The translations under genes were made by a program, and so were the position numbers. A model generated the notes under the pieces. It was not told where the DNA came from. It saw nothing but the letters and a program-made list of their open reading frames with translations, and made no database searches. This document shows positions 28,416 to 38,472 of a DNA stretch of 64,000 bases, in pieces. Numbering within the stretch: position 1 is the first letter of the stretch; each line of letters starts with the position of its first letter. Source of the stretch: Lachnospiraceae bacterium (GTDB taxonomy: Bacteria > Bacillota > Clostridia > Lachnospirales > Lachnospiraceae); assembly GCA_050874905.1 (NCBI GenBank), contig JBNMLP010000008.1:8392-72391 (forward strand), given 5' to 3'.

Positions 28416-30743
28416 CTATTTTATCATAGCCTCTTTGGAAATGGAAGCATCCTTCCGATACCCGGATAACTGATACCTCCCCTTTTTGTTCACCTGTATA
28501 GAAATGGCACCCTGCTCCACCGTTGTAAAATAGGGAACGTTAGCAGCCTGCAACCGCTTTAGCGTTTCCTTATGTGGATGTCCATAACGATTTCGTTTTC
28601 CACAGGAAATAAGTGCAATATCCGGAGCCACCTGCGCCAACAATGCCTCTGAGGTAGAAGTTTTGCTTCCGTGATGTCCACATTTTAAAATAGTATATGT
28701 TCCTTTTTTCATTTTTTGCATGTAAGCTACCAGCTCGTCCTCCGCCTGCCCACCAATATCTCCTGTAAACAGCATAGAAAATCCGGCATAAGAAAGAGAA
28801 AGAACCTCTGACGCTTCATTCACATCCTCATAGGTATGGGCGGAATCAGGATGAAGCACCTCAAGCTTTGCCCCCTTCCACTCCATCACATCCCCCCGCT
28901 TTACATACCTGATACGACACCCCTGCCTGATAGCTTCTGTTTTTAACGTCGAAAATGATTCGACAAAAGCCCCCACCTGTGGCAAATACATTGTGCCAAC
29001 CGGCATATTTTCAAGCACCTCTTTGACTGCACTGATATGATCCTCATCACTGTGGCTCAAAAAGACCGCATCAATCGCCGTGATTCCTTGTGACTTCAGA
29101 TAAGGAGCATACGTATACTCATATAACTTTTTTTCACTAGTACTTCCACCATCCACCAACAAGACATGCGCGCCCTTTTTCAATACCAGACCATCGCCCT
29201 GCCCTACATCTAACATCGTGATCGTAAGACGAGACTGCAGTGCCGGTAATATCGCGAGAGATAGCAAAAGCAGAAACGATACAGCTGCCTTGATAAACCG
29301 TCTCTTTTTTAACAGATACAATAACGCTGCCAAACCAGCATAATAGATCACGATCTGCAACAGCGACGGTTTTCCTGTTACAAAATGCGAAAACGGCAGA
29401 CGATTGCTCCAGTAGCTTAGCGTCTGCTGCAGTACTAAAATTGCACGCACCAAAAGCATCAGAATCTGTCCTGCCTGAAAGGACAAAAGTGATACCCCTA
29501 CTGCCATCACAGATAGAGGAAGTAATAACGACATACTTGGAATCACGATAAGATTTAACAATACACTATAAAGTGGCAGTTGAAAATAGAAGAAACAGAG
29601 TATGGGATTCGTCGCAAGCTGAATCGCGGCTGTGGTAACAAACGATGAAAGCAGTCCCTTCCCCTTTCCCAAAAGTTCTCTGCCGACCGGAGCTGCCACC
29701 GCAATTCCAAAAACAGCTCCAAAGGATAATAAAAAGCCGGCATCACATAATTGAAATGGAGACTGATATAGCAGCAACAATGCCGCACAGCTAAGCGCAG
29801 AAAGCATATCATAGGCACGCCCGATCACCTGCGCCAGAAAAGAAAGCAATAACATCAATAACGCACGGCTTAAAGAGGCAGAAAATCCCGCCATCATACC
29901 GTAAAGAATGATCACACTTCCACTAAATATGGCACTGAAAAGGTAAGACCGCTTTCCTTTCCGGGCAAGCGCAAACAGTCCTGCTCCAAAAAAACCGATA
30001 TGCAGTCCGGAAATGGCGATCACATGTGCAATCCCTGCCTCCTGATATTCCTTTTTCAGATCACTGTCCAAGTCTGCCTTTTCTCCTAATAAAATTGCCT
30101 CCAAAAAGCCCGCCTGTTCTTTGGGAAGCAACAACCTGATCTGCGCAGCAAGGCTGCATCTAAGCCCCCATAAGCACTGACGCAGCCATTGATAAGAAGA
30201 GTCTGTCACCTGCACCTGTTCTGCCTGCAGCAACACATCTACATTTTTTGCCCGGCAGTATTGATACATAGAAAAACCACCCGGATTCTTCGCATGCTCC
30301 GGGCTGCTTGCCACACCACTGACCGTAATGGTCTGTCCCCATAAGCAGCCTGCCTGCTCCACTTTCACACGCACCCTTTTCCCGCTGGAAAACGACGGCT
30401 GTTCCGGATAGTGTACCTGTCCTAAATAGTAATAATAACTTCCATCCTTCGCCGTTTCGATCACGCACACTTTCCCGGATACGGTAAGCTCCCTCTGCTC
30501 CCCGCCATAATATCGATCCAGAATATTATCTGCATCTGCCATTTGAAAACGCGCAAATCCAAGCAATATACAGCAAAAAAACAGCAGCAGGACAATTTGC
30601 AGGCCATTTGTTTTGACATACCAAATAACCAGCAGGAGCGTACCTGCTGCCAGAAACAACATCCATCCCATCATCTGCTTCATGGCAGCGACTTCCCCAA
30701 GCACAAAGCACACAAGCATCATCAGCAATGGTCTTTTATTCAA
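28416..30743 (-). CDS. comEC: DNA internalization competence protein ComEC/Rec2
   Basis: HVIAISGLHIG, RALLM, DVGQGD, SHSDEDH, GHHGS, RYGHPH. Confidence 0.95.
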   Translation of the reverse strand: MNKRPLLMMLVCFVLGEVAAMKQMMGWMLFLAAGTLLLVIWYVKTNGLQIVLLLFFCCILLGFARFQMADADNILDRYYGGEQRELTVSGKVCVIETAKDGSYYYYLGQVHYPEQPSFSSGKRVRVKVEQAGCLWGQTITVSGVASSPEHAKNPGGFSMYQYCRAKNVDVLLQAEQVQVTDSSYQWLRQCLWGLRCSLAAQIRLLLPKEQAGFLEAILLGEKADLDSDLKKEYQEAGIAHVIAISGLHIGFFGAGLFALARKGKRSYLFSAIFSGSVIILYGMMAGFSASLSRALLMLLLSFLAQVIGRAYDMLSALSCAALLLLYQSPFQLCDAGFLLSFGAVFGIAVAAPVGRELLGKGKGLLSSFVTTAAIQLATNPILCFFYFQLPLYSVLLNLIVIPSMSLLLPLSVMAVGVSLLSFQAGQILMLLVRAILVLQQTLSYWSNRLPFSHFVTGKPSLLQIVIYYAGLAALLYLLKKRRFIKAAVSFLLLLSLAILPALQSRLTITMLDVGQGDGLVLKKGAHVLLVDGGSTSEKKLYEYTYAPYLKSQGITAIDAVFLSHSDEDHISAVKEVLENMPVGTMYLPQVGAFVESFSTLKTEAIRQGCRIRYVKRGDVMEWKGAKLEVLHPDSAHTYEDVNEASEVLSLSYAGFSMLFTGDIGGQAEDELVAYMQKMKKGTYTILKCGHHGSKTSTSEALLAQVAPDIALISCGKRNRYGHPHKETLKRLQAANVPYFTTVEQGAISIQVNKKGRYQLSGYRKDASISKEAMIK

Positions 30744-30758
30744 TTTTATTCTCCTGTC

Positions 30759-31691
30759 TTACTCAGTATCCACCAGATCCAGATTGCGTTCAAACAACTG
30801 ATCAAACGGGACATTTCCATTGTACAATTTCTTTGTTTCTCCCTCAATCGTAAATGCCACCTTGCTCACGGTAGACAATTCACATAAGGAATTTACGATC
30901 GAATAGATCACAACCTGATCCTTGACCGATTTTGGAACCTTCAAAAAGGCTTCATTTAAATCCACATAACAGATTCCATCCTGTGTCGATACAGAAAATA
31001 ACTTTGTTCCTTTCGGCATCGTATTATAATATCCTTTTTCATCCGTTCCCTTGATCAGTTCCCGAATAACCAATTCCTCTGCCGATGCGTTGGTTCCCAA
31101 ATTCACCGGAATCTGCAATGGTTCCAGCTTTTCGCCGGTAACATCCGTAAAGTAGATCGTCAGATCCTGCACCATATTACTGTCATCCTTCGTATCACTA
31201 TCCACAAAGGCATCCGGTGTCAATGCTCCGACTAACGAGTTGCCGTCTACCATCGGCTGGGTGTCTACCGTAAACTCTACAGCATCCACCCCCGGAATCT
31301 GTGCCAGACTTTTAACAAATGCTGCCCTGCAAAGCACCTGTGACGATACCGCAGTCTCATAATAAGTCGCACTAAAATCCAGCGTGATCACATGATTATC
31401 CCCCAGTGTATATTTCTGCAAAATAACATAATCCGGCAATACGGTACGATAATCTGTTTCATTGCGCAGCTCTGTAAGCTTCGTCAGCATGGTTTTGATC
31501 TGTTCTTCCGTACTTTTCTTTTTGTCAAAGTGCGCCGTCTTGGGAACAAGACTCGTAAAATCACTTGACAAATAATATAAAATATATTCATTTTTGGCTG
31601 CTTTTACAACCTCTTCCTTTTTTTCTCCACAACCGCTCAAAGTAGAAAAAAGCAACAGGAGAAGCACCAAACAAGCTACGATTCGTTTCAT
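30759..31691 (-). CDS. GerMN-domain lipoprotein
   Basis: LSGC lipobox; two repeats with LDFS...AFVKSLAQIPGVDAVEFTVD and VDLN...SIVNSLCELSTVSKVAFTIEG. Confidence 0.8.
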   Translation of the reverse strand: MKRIVACLVLLLLLFSTLSGCGEKKEEVVKAAKNEYILYYLSSDFTSLVPKTAHFDKKKSTEEQIKTMLTKLTELRNETDYRTVLPDYVILQKYTLGDNHVITLDFSATYYETAVSSQVLCRAAFVKSLAQIPGVDAVEFTVDTQPMVDGNSLVGALTPDAFVDSDTKDDSNMVQDLTIYFTDVTGEKLEPLQIPVNLGTNASAEELVIRELIKGTDEKGYYNTMPKGTKLFSVSTQDGICYVDLNEAFLKVPKSVKDQVVIYSIVNSLCELSTVSKVAFTIEGETKKLYNGNVPFDQLFERNLDLVDTE

Positions 31692-33544
31692 TCGGTCTGC
31701 TCTCCTTTCTCCTCTACGGATTCCTCGGTCTTTACTAACACTTCCGGATTGTCCATCTCTTCCGTGTGCAGCACTACCATATCCGGTTCTGCATTTTCCA
31801 ATGGAGCAGGCTCCGTCACAATAGGTGCACTCACCGTTTCTTCCGAAGCAGGCTGCTCTTTGTTTTCCTCTTTCTTCTTCAGGTTTTCATCCACAACACT
31901 TAAGACTTCACCCAAATTTCCTTGTACCTCTGAAACATTGGTAAGTGCCACGGTCTGTGTGGAAACAACAGTCTCTTCTTTTCTCTTTTTATGGAAAACA
32001 AAATGCTTCTTCTCTGCTTTTTCCGCACGTTTAGAACTAACATTCATAGATACAGAATAGGTCAGTGGAATACGAACAGTAAAGGTCGTTCCCTTTCCCG
32101 GCTCACTGTGCAGCTTGATCGTACCATGATGCATCGAGATCGCACTGTGCGTAATAGCAAGTCCCAGACCAGTTCCACCAGTTTCTCTGGAGCGCGCTTT
32201 ATCCACACGATAAAAACGTTCAAAGACAAATTCCTGACAATCTTCCGGAATCCCCACACCGGAATCTGCAATTTTTACATAAAAATACTTGTGATCGGCA
32301 TTTAACGTAATACGGATCCAGCCATCATCTACATTATATTTGATCGCATTTTCTACCAGATTAGAAAGAGCGAGTGTCAGCTTCACCTCATCAATCTCAG
32401 CGTTCACCGAGCGAAAACTCTCGTATACGATCTCAATGTTTCGCACTGCTGCCAGTGGACGAAGCCTTTTTAACAAAAGATCCAGAAGTTCGTTGATATT
32501 GACGGTAGTAACATTTAATACATTCGCAGATTTCCGATCCATCTTTACAAGGGATAACAGATCATTGATGATCTTATTCTCACGGTCAATCTCCGATACA
32601 ATGTCTTCCATAAATTCACGATAAATCTCCGCCGGCACGTCATCCTGTGATATCAAAGAATCCGCCAGCACTTTCATCGAAGTGATCGGTGTCTTTAACT
32701 CATGCGACACATTTGATACAAATTCCTGTCGCGATTCCTCCAGCTTATCCAGCCTTGCCACCGCCGCATTAAAACTCTCCGCCAGATCCTTAAGCTCGGT
32801 AAATCCGGTAACTGTAAGCGTCTCCCCAGTCTGTCCTTCTGCAACCTCATCCACACCATGGATCAATTCCCGGAAATGCCCACTTAAGATCACGACAAAG
32901 ATCACTGCGATCACAAGAACACAAAACGTAAATAATACAATTAGCGGGACAGTCTGCTTGTTCACTGCGTTTAGCAGAGTATAGGTGTCTTTGACAGAGG
33001 CGTACACCACCATCAGACCAACCTGTTCTTCCTTTTCTTTCTGTCCTAATTTTGCTTCCTCTGTATTAAGTGCATTGGATTCTGTCACGATCCCTGCTTT
33101 TCCTACCGGAATATAACACTCAATGTATCCATCCCGGATAAACAAATGCTCGGACTCCTCCATCTTTCCCGTCATTGCTTTGATCACATTTTCAGAAACA
33201 AGGTAATTGCCCCGGTTTAATTGATAAGTATCGGAAATAATCTGATAATTGGAATCTACCACCATGATACGACCATCCAATAATGTGGCTAACTGGTCAA
33301 TCTGGTTCTCCAGATTCAGCGTATCATTTCCATTGAAAAAACCGGATTTCACAAGCTGATTTAATAAAATGGTACACTGGTTCACCGTATAGTTCTTTTT
33401 TTGTTCCAATGCCTCATTTTCATAGGTTTTATGAATGATAAAAGAAAATAATAGAAAAAACGCAACGGTCAGTACAAAAAAGCAGACAAACCACATAAAG
33501 CGAAGGCTTTTGAACAGACCGTTTCGTATACTGATCTTATTAAT
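31688..33544 (-). CDS. Sensor histidine kinase (2 TM, HAMP, HisKA, HATPase) with acidic C-terminal tail
   Basis: FVSNVSHELKTP, NLVENAIKY, DSGVGIP, GGTGLGL; start placed at ATT 33544 behind GAGAGGAG (see findings). Confidence 0.9.
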   Translation of the reverse strand: MNKISIRNGLFKSLRFMWFVCFFVLTVAFFLLFSFIIHKTYENEALEQKKNYTVNQCTILLNQLVKSGFFNGNDTLNLENQIDQLATLLDGRIMVVDSNYQIISDTYQLNRGNYLVSENVIKAMTGKMEESEHLFIRDGYIECYIPVGKAGIVTESNALNTEEAKLGQKEKEEQVGLMVVYASVKDTYTLLNAVNKQTVPLIVLFTFCVLVIAVIFVVILSGHFRELIHGVDEVAEGQTGETLTVTGFTELKDLAESFNAAVARLDKLEESRQEFVSNVSHELKTPITSMKVLADSLISQDDVPAEIYREFMEDIVSEIDRENKIINDLLSLVKMDRKSANVLNVTTVNINELLDLLLKRLRPLAAVRNIEIVYESFRSVNAEIDEVKLTLALSNLVENAIKYNVDDGWIRITLNADHKYFYVKIADSGVGIPEDCQEFVFERFYRVDKARSRETGGTGLGLAITHSAISMHHGTIKLHSEPGKGTTFTVRIPLTYSVSMNVSSKRAEKAEKKHFVFHKKRKEETVVSTQTVALTNVSEVQGNLGEVLSVVDENLKKKEENKEQPASEETVSAPIVTEPAPLENAEPDMVVLHTEEMDNPEVLVKTEESVEEKGEQTE

Positions 33545-33560
33545 GGTAAAAACTCCTCTC

Positions 33561-34250
33561 TTAATTGGCGAAGAAATAACCAACGCCCCACTTAGTATGG
33601 ATATACTTTGGTTCTCCAGGATGCTCCTCAATCTTTTCACGCAGTCGTCTGATATGCACATCTACCGTACGTCCGTCCCCTGGGTAATCAGTTCCCCATA
33701 CCAGTGCCAGAAGTTTATCTCTTCCATACACCTTGTTCGCATGCATCGCCAGAATCTCGAGCAGATCAAATTCCTTTGCAGTTAAGTTGACTTCCTTATC
33801 TCCTACAAAGACTCTGCGGCTTTCCACATCGATCTTCATACCTTGTGCTTCGATCACGGTCGGCTTTTCTTCTTCCACACTACGTTTTGTATTTCTTCTT
33901 AAGATGGCTTTGATACGTGCCTTTACCTCTAAAATATTGAATGGTTTGGTAATGTAATCATCTGCACCGTACTCCAGGCCCAGGATCTTATCCATATCGT
34001 CTCCCTTCGCAGTAAGCATGATGATCGGAACATCAGAAAACTCCCGGATCTGCTGACACACCTCAAATCCGTCCAGCTTGGGAAGCATGATATCAAGCAG
34101 GATCATGTCATATTGATTCTCCTTTGCCTTCTCCAACGCTTCTTCTCCATCATAGGCACAGTCCACTTCCATACTGTCCTGCATCAGACTGAACTTGATT
34201 CCCTTTACAATTGACTTCTCATCGTCCACTACCAAAACTTTCTTTGCCAT
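33561..34250 (-). CDS. OmpR/PhoB-family response regulator
   Basis: LVVDDE, LLDIMLP, MLTAKG, GADDYITKPF, RTVDVHIRRLREKIE. Confidence 0.95.
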   Translation of the reverse strand: MAKKVLVVDDEKSIVKGIKFSLMQDSMEVDCAYDGEEALEKAKENQYDMILLDIMLPKLDGFEVCQQIREFSDVPIIMLTAKGDDMDKILGLEYGADDYITKPFNILEVKARIKAILRRNTKRSVEEEKPTVIEAQGMKIDVESRRVFVGDKEVNLTAKEFDLLEILAMHANKVYGRDKLLALVWGTDYPGDGRTVDVHIRRLREKIEEHPGEPKYIHTKWGVGYFFAN

Positions 34251-34256
34251 ATATTG

Positions 34257-34880
34257 TTACCCCACTGTTATGCTGTCTTTAATTTTATCAAATATACCGT
34301 CTTTGATCCCATTGATCTGTTTCAGTTCTTCGATCGACTGAAACCCACCATGTTCCTCGCGGTATGCCAGAATATCTTCCGCCTTTGACGGTCCGATTCC
34401 GGCAAGTGTCATCAATTGTTCTTTTGTCGCATGATTGATATCAATCTTATCTTCTGTCACTTTCTGTGGAACGGAATTACCCTTTTGCATTTCTTCTAAC
34501 GTCGGTACATAGAGTTTCTGCCCATCCTCCAAACGTTCTGCCTGATTCAGACTGGTGGTGTCTGCTTCCTCATCAAATCCTCCAGCTACTGTGATCGCAT
34601 CCACGATCCTGCTGCCCTGTTCCAAATGATATACCCCCGGTACCTGTACTGCACCACAAACGTATACCGCCAGATCACCCACCTGCTCTGTCGTCCCACC
34701 GGATCCTTCTGCATCTACAGCCTCCTGTTTCATACTCTCTGTTCCTGCAGTTGGCATACCTGTTTCGGCGAAACCACATCCAGTCAATATAGCAAGAAAA
34801 GAACATACAAGAGCGGAGGCAACCATGCCCTTCAACCGGCTCTTATATCTTCTTTGTTTCTTACGTCCCTGTTCTTTCAT
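34257..34880 (-). CDS. comEA: Competence protein ComEA (SLBB + helix-hairpin-helix)
   Basis: VYVCGAVQVPGVY, LNQA...DGQKLYVP, DINHATKEQLMTLAGIGPSKA. Confidence 0.92.
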   Translation of the reverse strand: MKEQGRKKQRRYKSRLKGMVASALVCSFLAILTGCGFAETGMPTAGTESMKQEAVDAEGSGGTTEQVGDLAVYVCGAVQVPGVYHLEQGSRIVDAITVAGGFDEEADTTSLNQAERLEDGQKLYVPTLEEMQKGNSVPQKVTEDKIDINHATKEQLMTLAGIGPSKAEDILAYREEHGGFQSIEELKQINGIKDGIFDKIKDSITVG

Positions 34881-35006
34881 TTTTCTTCCTCCTTCTGAAT
34901 AAGGAGAAAAGATGATTCACAAGTCCCACATATTTCTATTGTAACGAAATCACCCTCTAATTACAATAGGTAATTTCTTAATAATATTTGAAGTTTTCCT
35001 ATTTGC

Positions 35007-35903
35007 TTAGTGGAATAGCGGTTCCTTTAAAATAGCAGTTCCAATTCCTTTGGTCGTAAACAGCTCTAACAGCAGGCAGTGCTCCAGACGTCCATCTAAA
35101 ATATGTACACGGGATACTCCCTTTTCAATTGCTTCAATACAATTATTAAGTTTTGGAAGCATACCTCCGCCGACCACACCATTTTCAATGTATGATTTTG
35201 CCTGTGGCAGATCCATCTCTGAGATCAGTGTTTTCTTGTTTGCAGGATCCATAAAGACACCTTCAATATCCGTTAAGAATACGAGTTTTTCTGCTCCGAT
35301 TGCTGTAGCGATCGCACAGGCAGCATCGTCCGCATTGATATTGTAACTGTCAAAATCTGCGCCAATTCCGATTGGGGCGATCACCGGTACATAATCATTG
35401 TCCAGCAATACATCGATCAGATTGCTGTCAACAGCCGTCACCTCACCGACATGTCCCAGATCCTGTCCATCAGCAAATTTCTTTTTCGCCTTCATCAATC
35501 CGCCGTCTTTTCCACAAATACCGACTGCCTTGACACCATTTTCTTCCATCAGGGCAACCAGTCCTTTATTGACCTTGTTGAGTACCATCTCTGCAATCTC
35601 CATTGTCTCATCATCGGTCACACGAAGACCATTGATAAACATTGGCTCCTTGCCTTTTAAACGCACCCATTTACTGATCTCTTTTCCGCCACCGTGTACA
35701 ATGATCGGTTTTAATCCGATCAGCTTCAACAGTGCCACATCACGGATCACACTGATCTTTAACTGGTCATCTACCATGGCACTTCCGCCATATTTTACAA
35801 CTACTTTTTTTCCGTTAAATTCCCGGATAAACGGTAAGGCTTCCGTCAAAACCGCCGCTTTTTTCATTTCTTCCTGCATATTATCATTGATTTCCTGCAT
35901 CAT
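35007..35903 (-). CDS. argB: Acetylglutamate kinase
   Basis: [31 protein letters not shown]. Confidence 0.97.
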   Translation of the reverse strand: MMQEINDNMQEEMKKAAVLTEALPFIREFNGKKVVVKYGGSAMVDDQLKISVIRDVALLKLIGLKPIIVHGGGKEISKWVRLKGKEPMFINGLRVTDDETMEIAEMVLNKVNKGLVALMEENGVKAVGICGKDGGLMKAKKKFADGQDLGHVGEVTAVDSNLIDVLLDNDYVPVIAPIGIGADFDSYNINADDAACAIATAIGAEKLVFLTDIEGVFMDPANKKTLISEMDLPQAKSYIENGVVGGGMLPKLNNCIEAIEKGVSRVHILDGRLEHCLLLELFTTKGIGTAILKEPLFH

Positions 35904-35930
35904 TTAGCCTCCGATCTTCTTTCTCTTTTA

Positions 35931-36977
35931 CTAGAAACACATTGGAAGTTGTGTCAAGCCTTCTGTTTCCGGAAGACCAAACATCAGATTCATATTCTGT
36001 ACCGCCTGCCCTGCAGCTCCCTTTACAACATTGTCCAATGCGCCCATCGCTACAATACGATTGGTACGTGTATCAATTTTAAAATTGACATCCACATAAT
36101 TGCTTCCCTGCACATATCTGGTTTCCGGCGGAACATCCTTTTTCAATACCCGGACAAACTTCTCCTGTGCATAATACTTATCGTATGCAGCACGCACCTG
36201 CTCATAGGTTACTTCTTCTTTTAAATTTGCATAAGCAGTAACCAATATACCACGGTTCATTGGAACAAGATGAGGCGTAAAGATGATCTTGATCTCCTCC
36301 CCGGCAGCATATCCTAACTGTTCTTCAATCTCCGGTGTGTGGCGGTGTGTCAATACTCCGTAGGCTTTCATATTCTCATTAACCTCACAGAACAGATTGG
36401 CAACCTTTGCCCCACGTCCTGCACCAGTTGTACCGGATTTGGCATCCACAATGATCGACTGTGGATCAATCAGATGCTCCTTTACCAGCGGATAAAGTGT
36501 CAAAATACTGCATGTTGTATAGCACCCCGGATTAGCAATCAATCTGGCATGTTTTACCTGCTCCCGGTTGATCTCGCAAAGACCATATACTGCCTCGTCA
36601 ATAAACTGCGGAGATTTATGCTCGATCTTATACCACTGCTCATAAGTCGCAACATCCTTGATACGAAAATCTGCGCTTAGATCGATCACCTTTGTATTTT
36701 TTAATACCTCTTCTGTTAAAATGCCTGCGCAGTACCCCTGTGGAGTAGCGGTAAAGACAACATCTACCTTCTGGCAAAGCTCCTCTATATTATCATCAAA
36801 ACAGGTATCTTCCACTACCTCAAACAGATTACGGAAAATATCTGCGTACTTCTGGTCTACATAACTTCTGGAACCATACCAGCAAATCTCAACCTCTTTG
36901 TGCTGTAACAATATTCTTACAATTTCTTCTCCGGCATAACCGGTTGCACCAATGATACCTGCTTTTATCATGGTCAT
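35931..36977 (-). CDS. argC: N-acetyl-gamma-glutamyl-phosphate reductase
   Basis: GATGYAG, IDLSADFR, ANPGCY, KSGTTGAG, DNVVKGAAGQA. Confidence 0.97.
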   Translation of the reverse strand: MTMIKAGIIGATGYAGEEIVRILLQHKEVEICWYGSRSYVDQKYADIFRNLFEVVEDTCFDDNIEELCQKVDVVFTATPQGYCAGILTEEVLKNTKVIDLSADFRIKDVATYEQWYKIEHKSPQFIDEAVYGLCEINREQVKHARLIANPGCYTTCSILTLYPLVKEHLIDPQSIIVDAKSGTTGAGRGAKVANLFCEVNENMKAYGVLTHRHTPEIEEQLGYAAGEEIKIIFTPHLVPMNRGILVTAYANLKEEVTYEQVRAAYDKYYAQEKFVRVLKKDVPPETRYVQGSNYVDVNFKIDTRTNRIVAMGALDNVVKGAAGQAVQNMNLMFGLPETEGLTQLPMCF

Positions 36978-37095
36978 TTCCTCCTATAAAATATGTAACG
37001 ATTCATTAACGCTCATAATTATACAACCGTTTTTTTGATTATGCAATCCTATTTTCCTATTTTTCTTATTTTTTATATCAATCTCCCTCATTGCA

Positions 37096-37134
37096 CCTGA
37101 ATATTTATAAAACCAGCATGAATATTTATTCACA
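37096..37134. promoter_or_regulatory. Tandem ARG boxes (ArgR operator) upstream of argC
   Basis: CCTGAATATTTATAAAAC-cag-CATGAATATTTATTCACA: two 18-bp TGAATwwwwATTCA-type boxes with a 3-bp spacer. Confidence 0.8.
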
Positions 37135-37190
37135 ATATGTTTAAACATACAAAAAAATCCACCCCGATACGGAATGGATTTTACTGTTTT

Positions 37191-37424
37191 TTAATTACAA
37201 CTTTCGTCTACATCAAACGGAGTTCCCTTTGCAAACGGACTGCCCACATCACAACGTCCATAGTGATATTGCCGTTTCATCTGTCCCTCTTCCACATCAT
37301 TGCCGGTACGCACCTTTAATCTTCCTTCGTTAGAAGCACCGAATTCTTCTAACATCTGCAATACCTTTTCTACATCCTCCTCACTTACATCCTGTGTTCC
37401 ATTATTCATCTGGTTATCATCCAT
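37191..37424 (-). CDS. Small acidic hypothetical protein
   Basis: ATG 37424 behind AAGGAG; followed by hairpin at about 37152-37181; no family recognised. Confidence 0.6.
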   Translation of the reverse strand: MDDNQMNNGTQDVSEEDVEKVLQMLEEFGASNEGRLKVRTGNDVEEGQMKRQYHYGRCDVGSPFAKGTPFDVDESCN

Positions 37425-37508
37425 AGTCTGCACTCCTTTCCTGCGTCATATCCACATCTTCTCATAAATAAGCCGCTTTCGCAAGGGGGTAGTACTGAAA
37501 TATTTTTC

Positions 37509-37718
37509 TTATTCTTCTGTACTTCTATTTCTTTTTTGCATTTCAAGCATGGTCAGATAATACTTACGCACGGACTCATCCTGTATCTCATTAATTTTTG
37601 CCCGCAATTCCTCATCGCTCAATCCCGGTCGATGTTCGTCACGATACAATTTTATCCAGCCCCAGATATACAGCAAGAAAAATGCAATTCCAAACATCAC
37701 GGATAGTATCATTACCAT
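37509..37718 (-). CDS. Small membrane protein
   Basis: N-terminal hydrophobic helix; GGGG SD; overlaps the upstream HTH gene. Confidence 0.55.
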   Translation of the reverse strand: MVMILSVMFGIAFFLLYIWGWIKLYRDEHRPGLSDEELRAKINEIQDESVRKYYLTMLEMQKRNRSTEE

Positions 37719-37924
37719 ACCCCTTTATCCCCTTTCGTTTCTTCCCAGAATTGTTCTGGTTTTACATGCAGATAAGAACAAAGCCGTAGCAATTCCTCTG
37801 CGTTTAATGGTTCTTCGGGCGGATAAGAAAGCTTTCTTTCTGGAATTCCGGTTTGTTTCGCAAGCCAGCCAGCATCCATCCGCCTTTCTCTTAAGTACGC
37901 ACTTAGCAATCCCGTCATCTTCAT
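37712..37924 (-). CDS. Small Cro-like HTH protein
   Basis: WLAKQTGIPERKLS...LNAEELLRLCSYLHVKPEQF XRE-like pattern; divergent from the XRE repressor. Confidence 0.65.
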   Translation of the reverse strand: MKMTGLLSAYLRERRMDAGWLAKQTGIPERKLSYPPEEPLNAEELLRLCSYLHVKPEQFWEETKGDKGVW

Positions 37925-38028
37925 AATTGTACCACTTTTCTAGTTTCGATAGATAATTATATGTTTTATTCTATTTTATCCTCGTTTCACTAGAAAGTCA
38001 AATTATTTTTCTTTCATTTCACTATTTT

Positions 38029-38063
38029 TCCAATTGACATAACAATTTGGATTAAGATAGAAT
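38029..38063 (+). promoter_or_regulatory. Promoter of the XRE gene overlapped by an imperfect palindrome
   Basis: TTGACA(38034)-18 bp-TAGAAT(38058); TCCAATTG-acataa-CAATTTGGA covers the -35. Confidence 0.5.
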
Positions 38064-38082
38064 TGACATTGAGGTGAACAAA

Positions 38083-38436
38083 ATGAAAGAAAACAATTTT
38101 GCACAGCGACTACGCTTTTATCGCAAGAAGTGCGGCATGTCTGTTGAAGATGTTGCCGAAGCACTGAAAAAGACAGATCGTAGCTTTTCGCAGAAAAGTA
38201 TTTACAGTTGGGAAACCGGAACTACCTGCCCGACAGCCGATACTTTGATGTGCTTATGTGAAATATACCAGATTGATGATGTATTAGAATCATTCGGATA
38301 TGAAAACCGCAGTACAGAAAATAATCTGCGGCAGACACTTACCAAACAAGATCTTGAACTGATCCGTGCCTATCGAGCGCATGAGGAATTACAACCTGCC
38401 ATCAACAAATTGCTTGATCTGCCGGCTGAAAAATAA
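38083..38436 (+). CDS. XRE-family HTH transcriptional regulator
   Basis: FAQRLRFYRKKCGMSVEDVA...SIYSWETGTTCPTADTLMCLCEIY; ATG 38083 behind GAGGTG. Confidence 0.88.
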   Translation: MKENNFAQRLRFYRKKCGMSVEDVAEALKKTDRSFSQKSIYSWETGTTCPTADTLMCLCEIYQIDDVLESFGYENRSTENNLRQTLTKQDLELIRAYRAHEELQPAINKLLDLPAEK

Positions 38437-38465
38437 AAATGACCTGCGTAAAACGCAGGTCATTT
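38437..38465. terminator. Bidirectional terminator
   Basis: AAATGACCTGCGT-aaa-ACGCAGGTCATTT. Confidence 0.8.
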
Positions 38466-38472
38466 GTCATTT

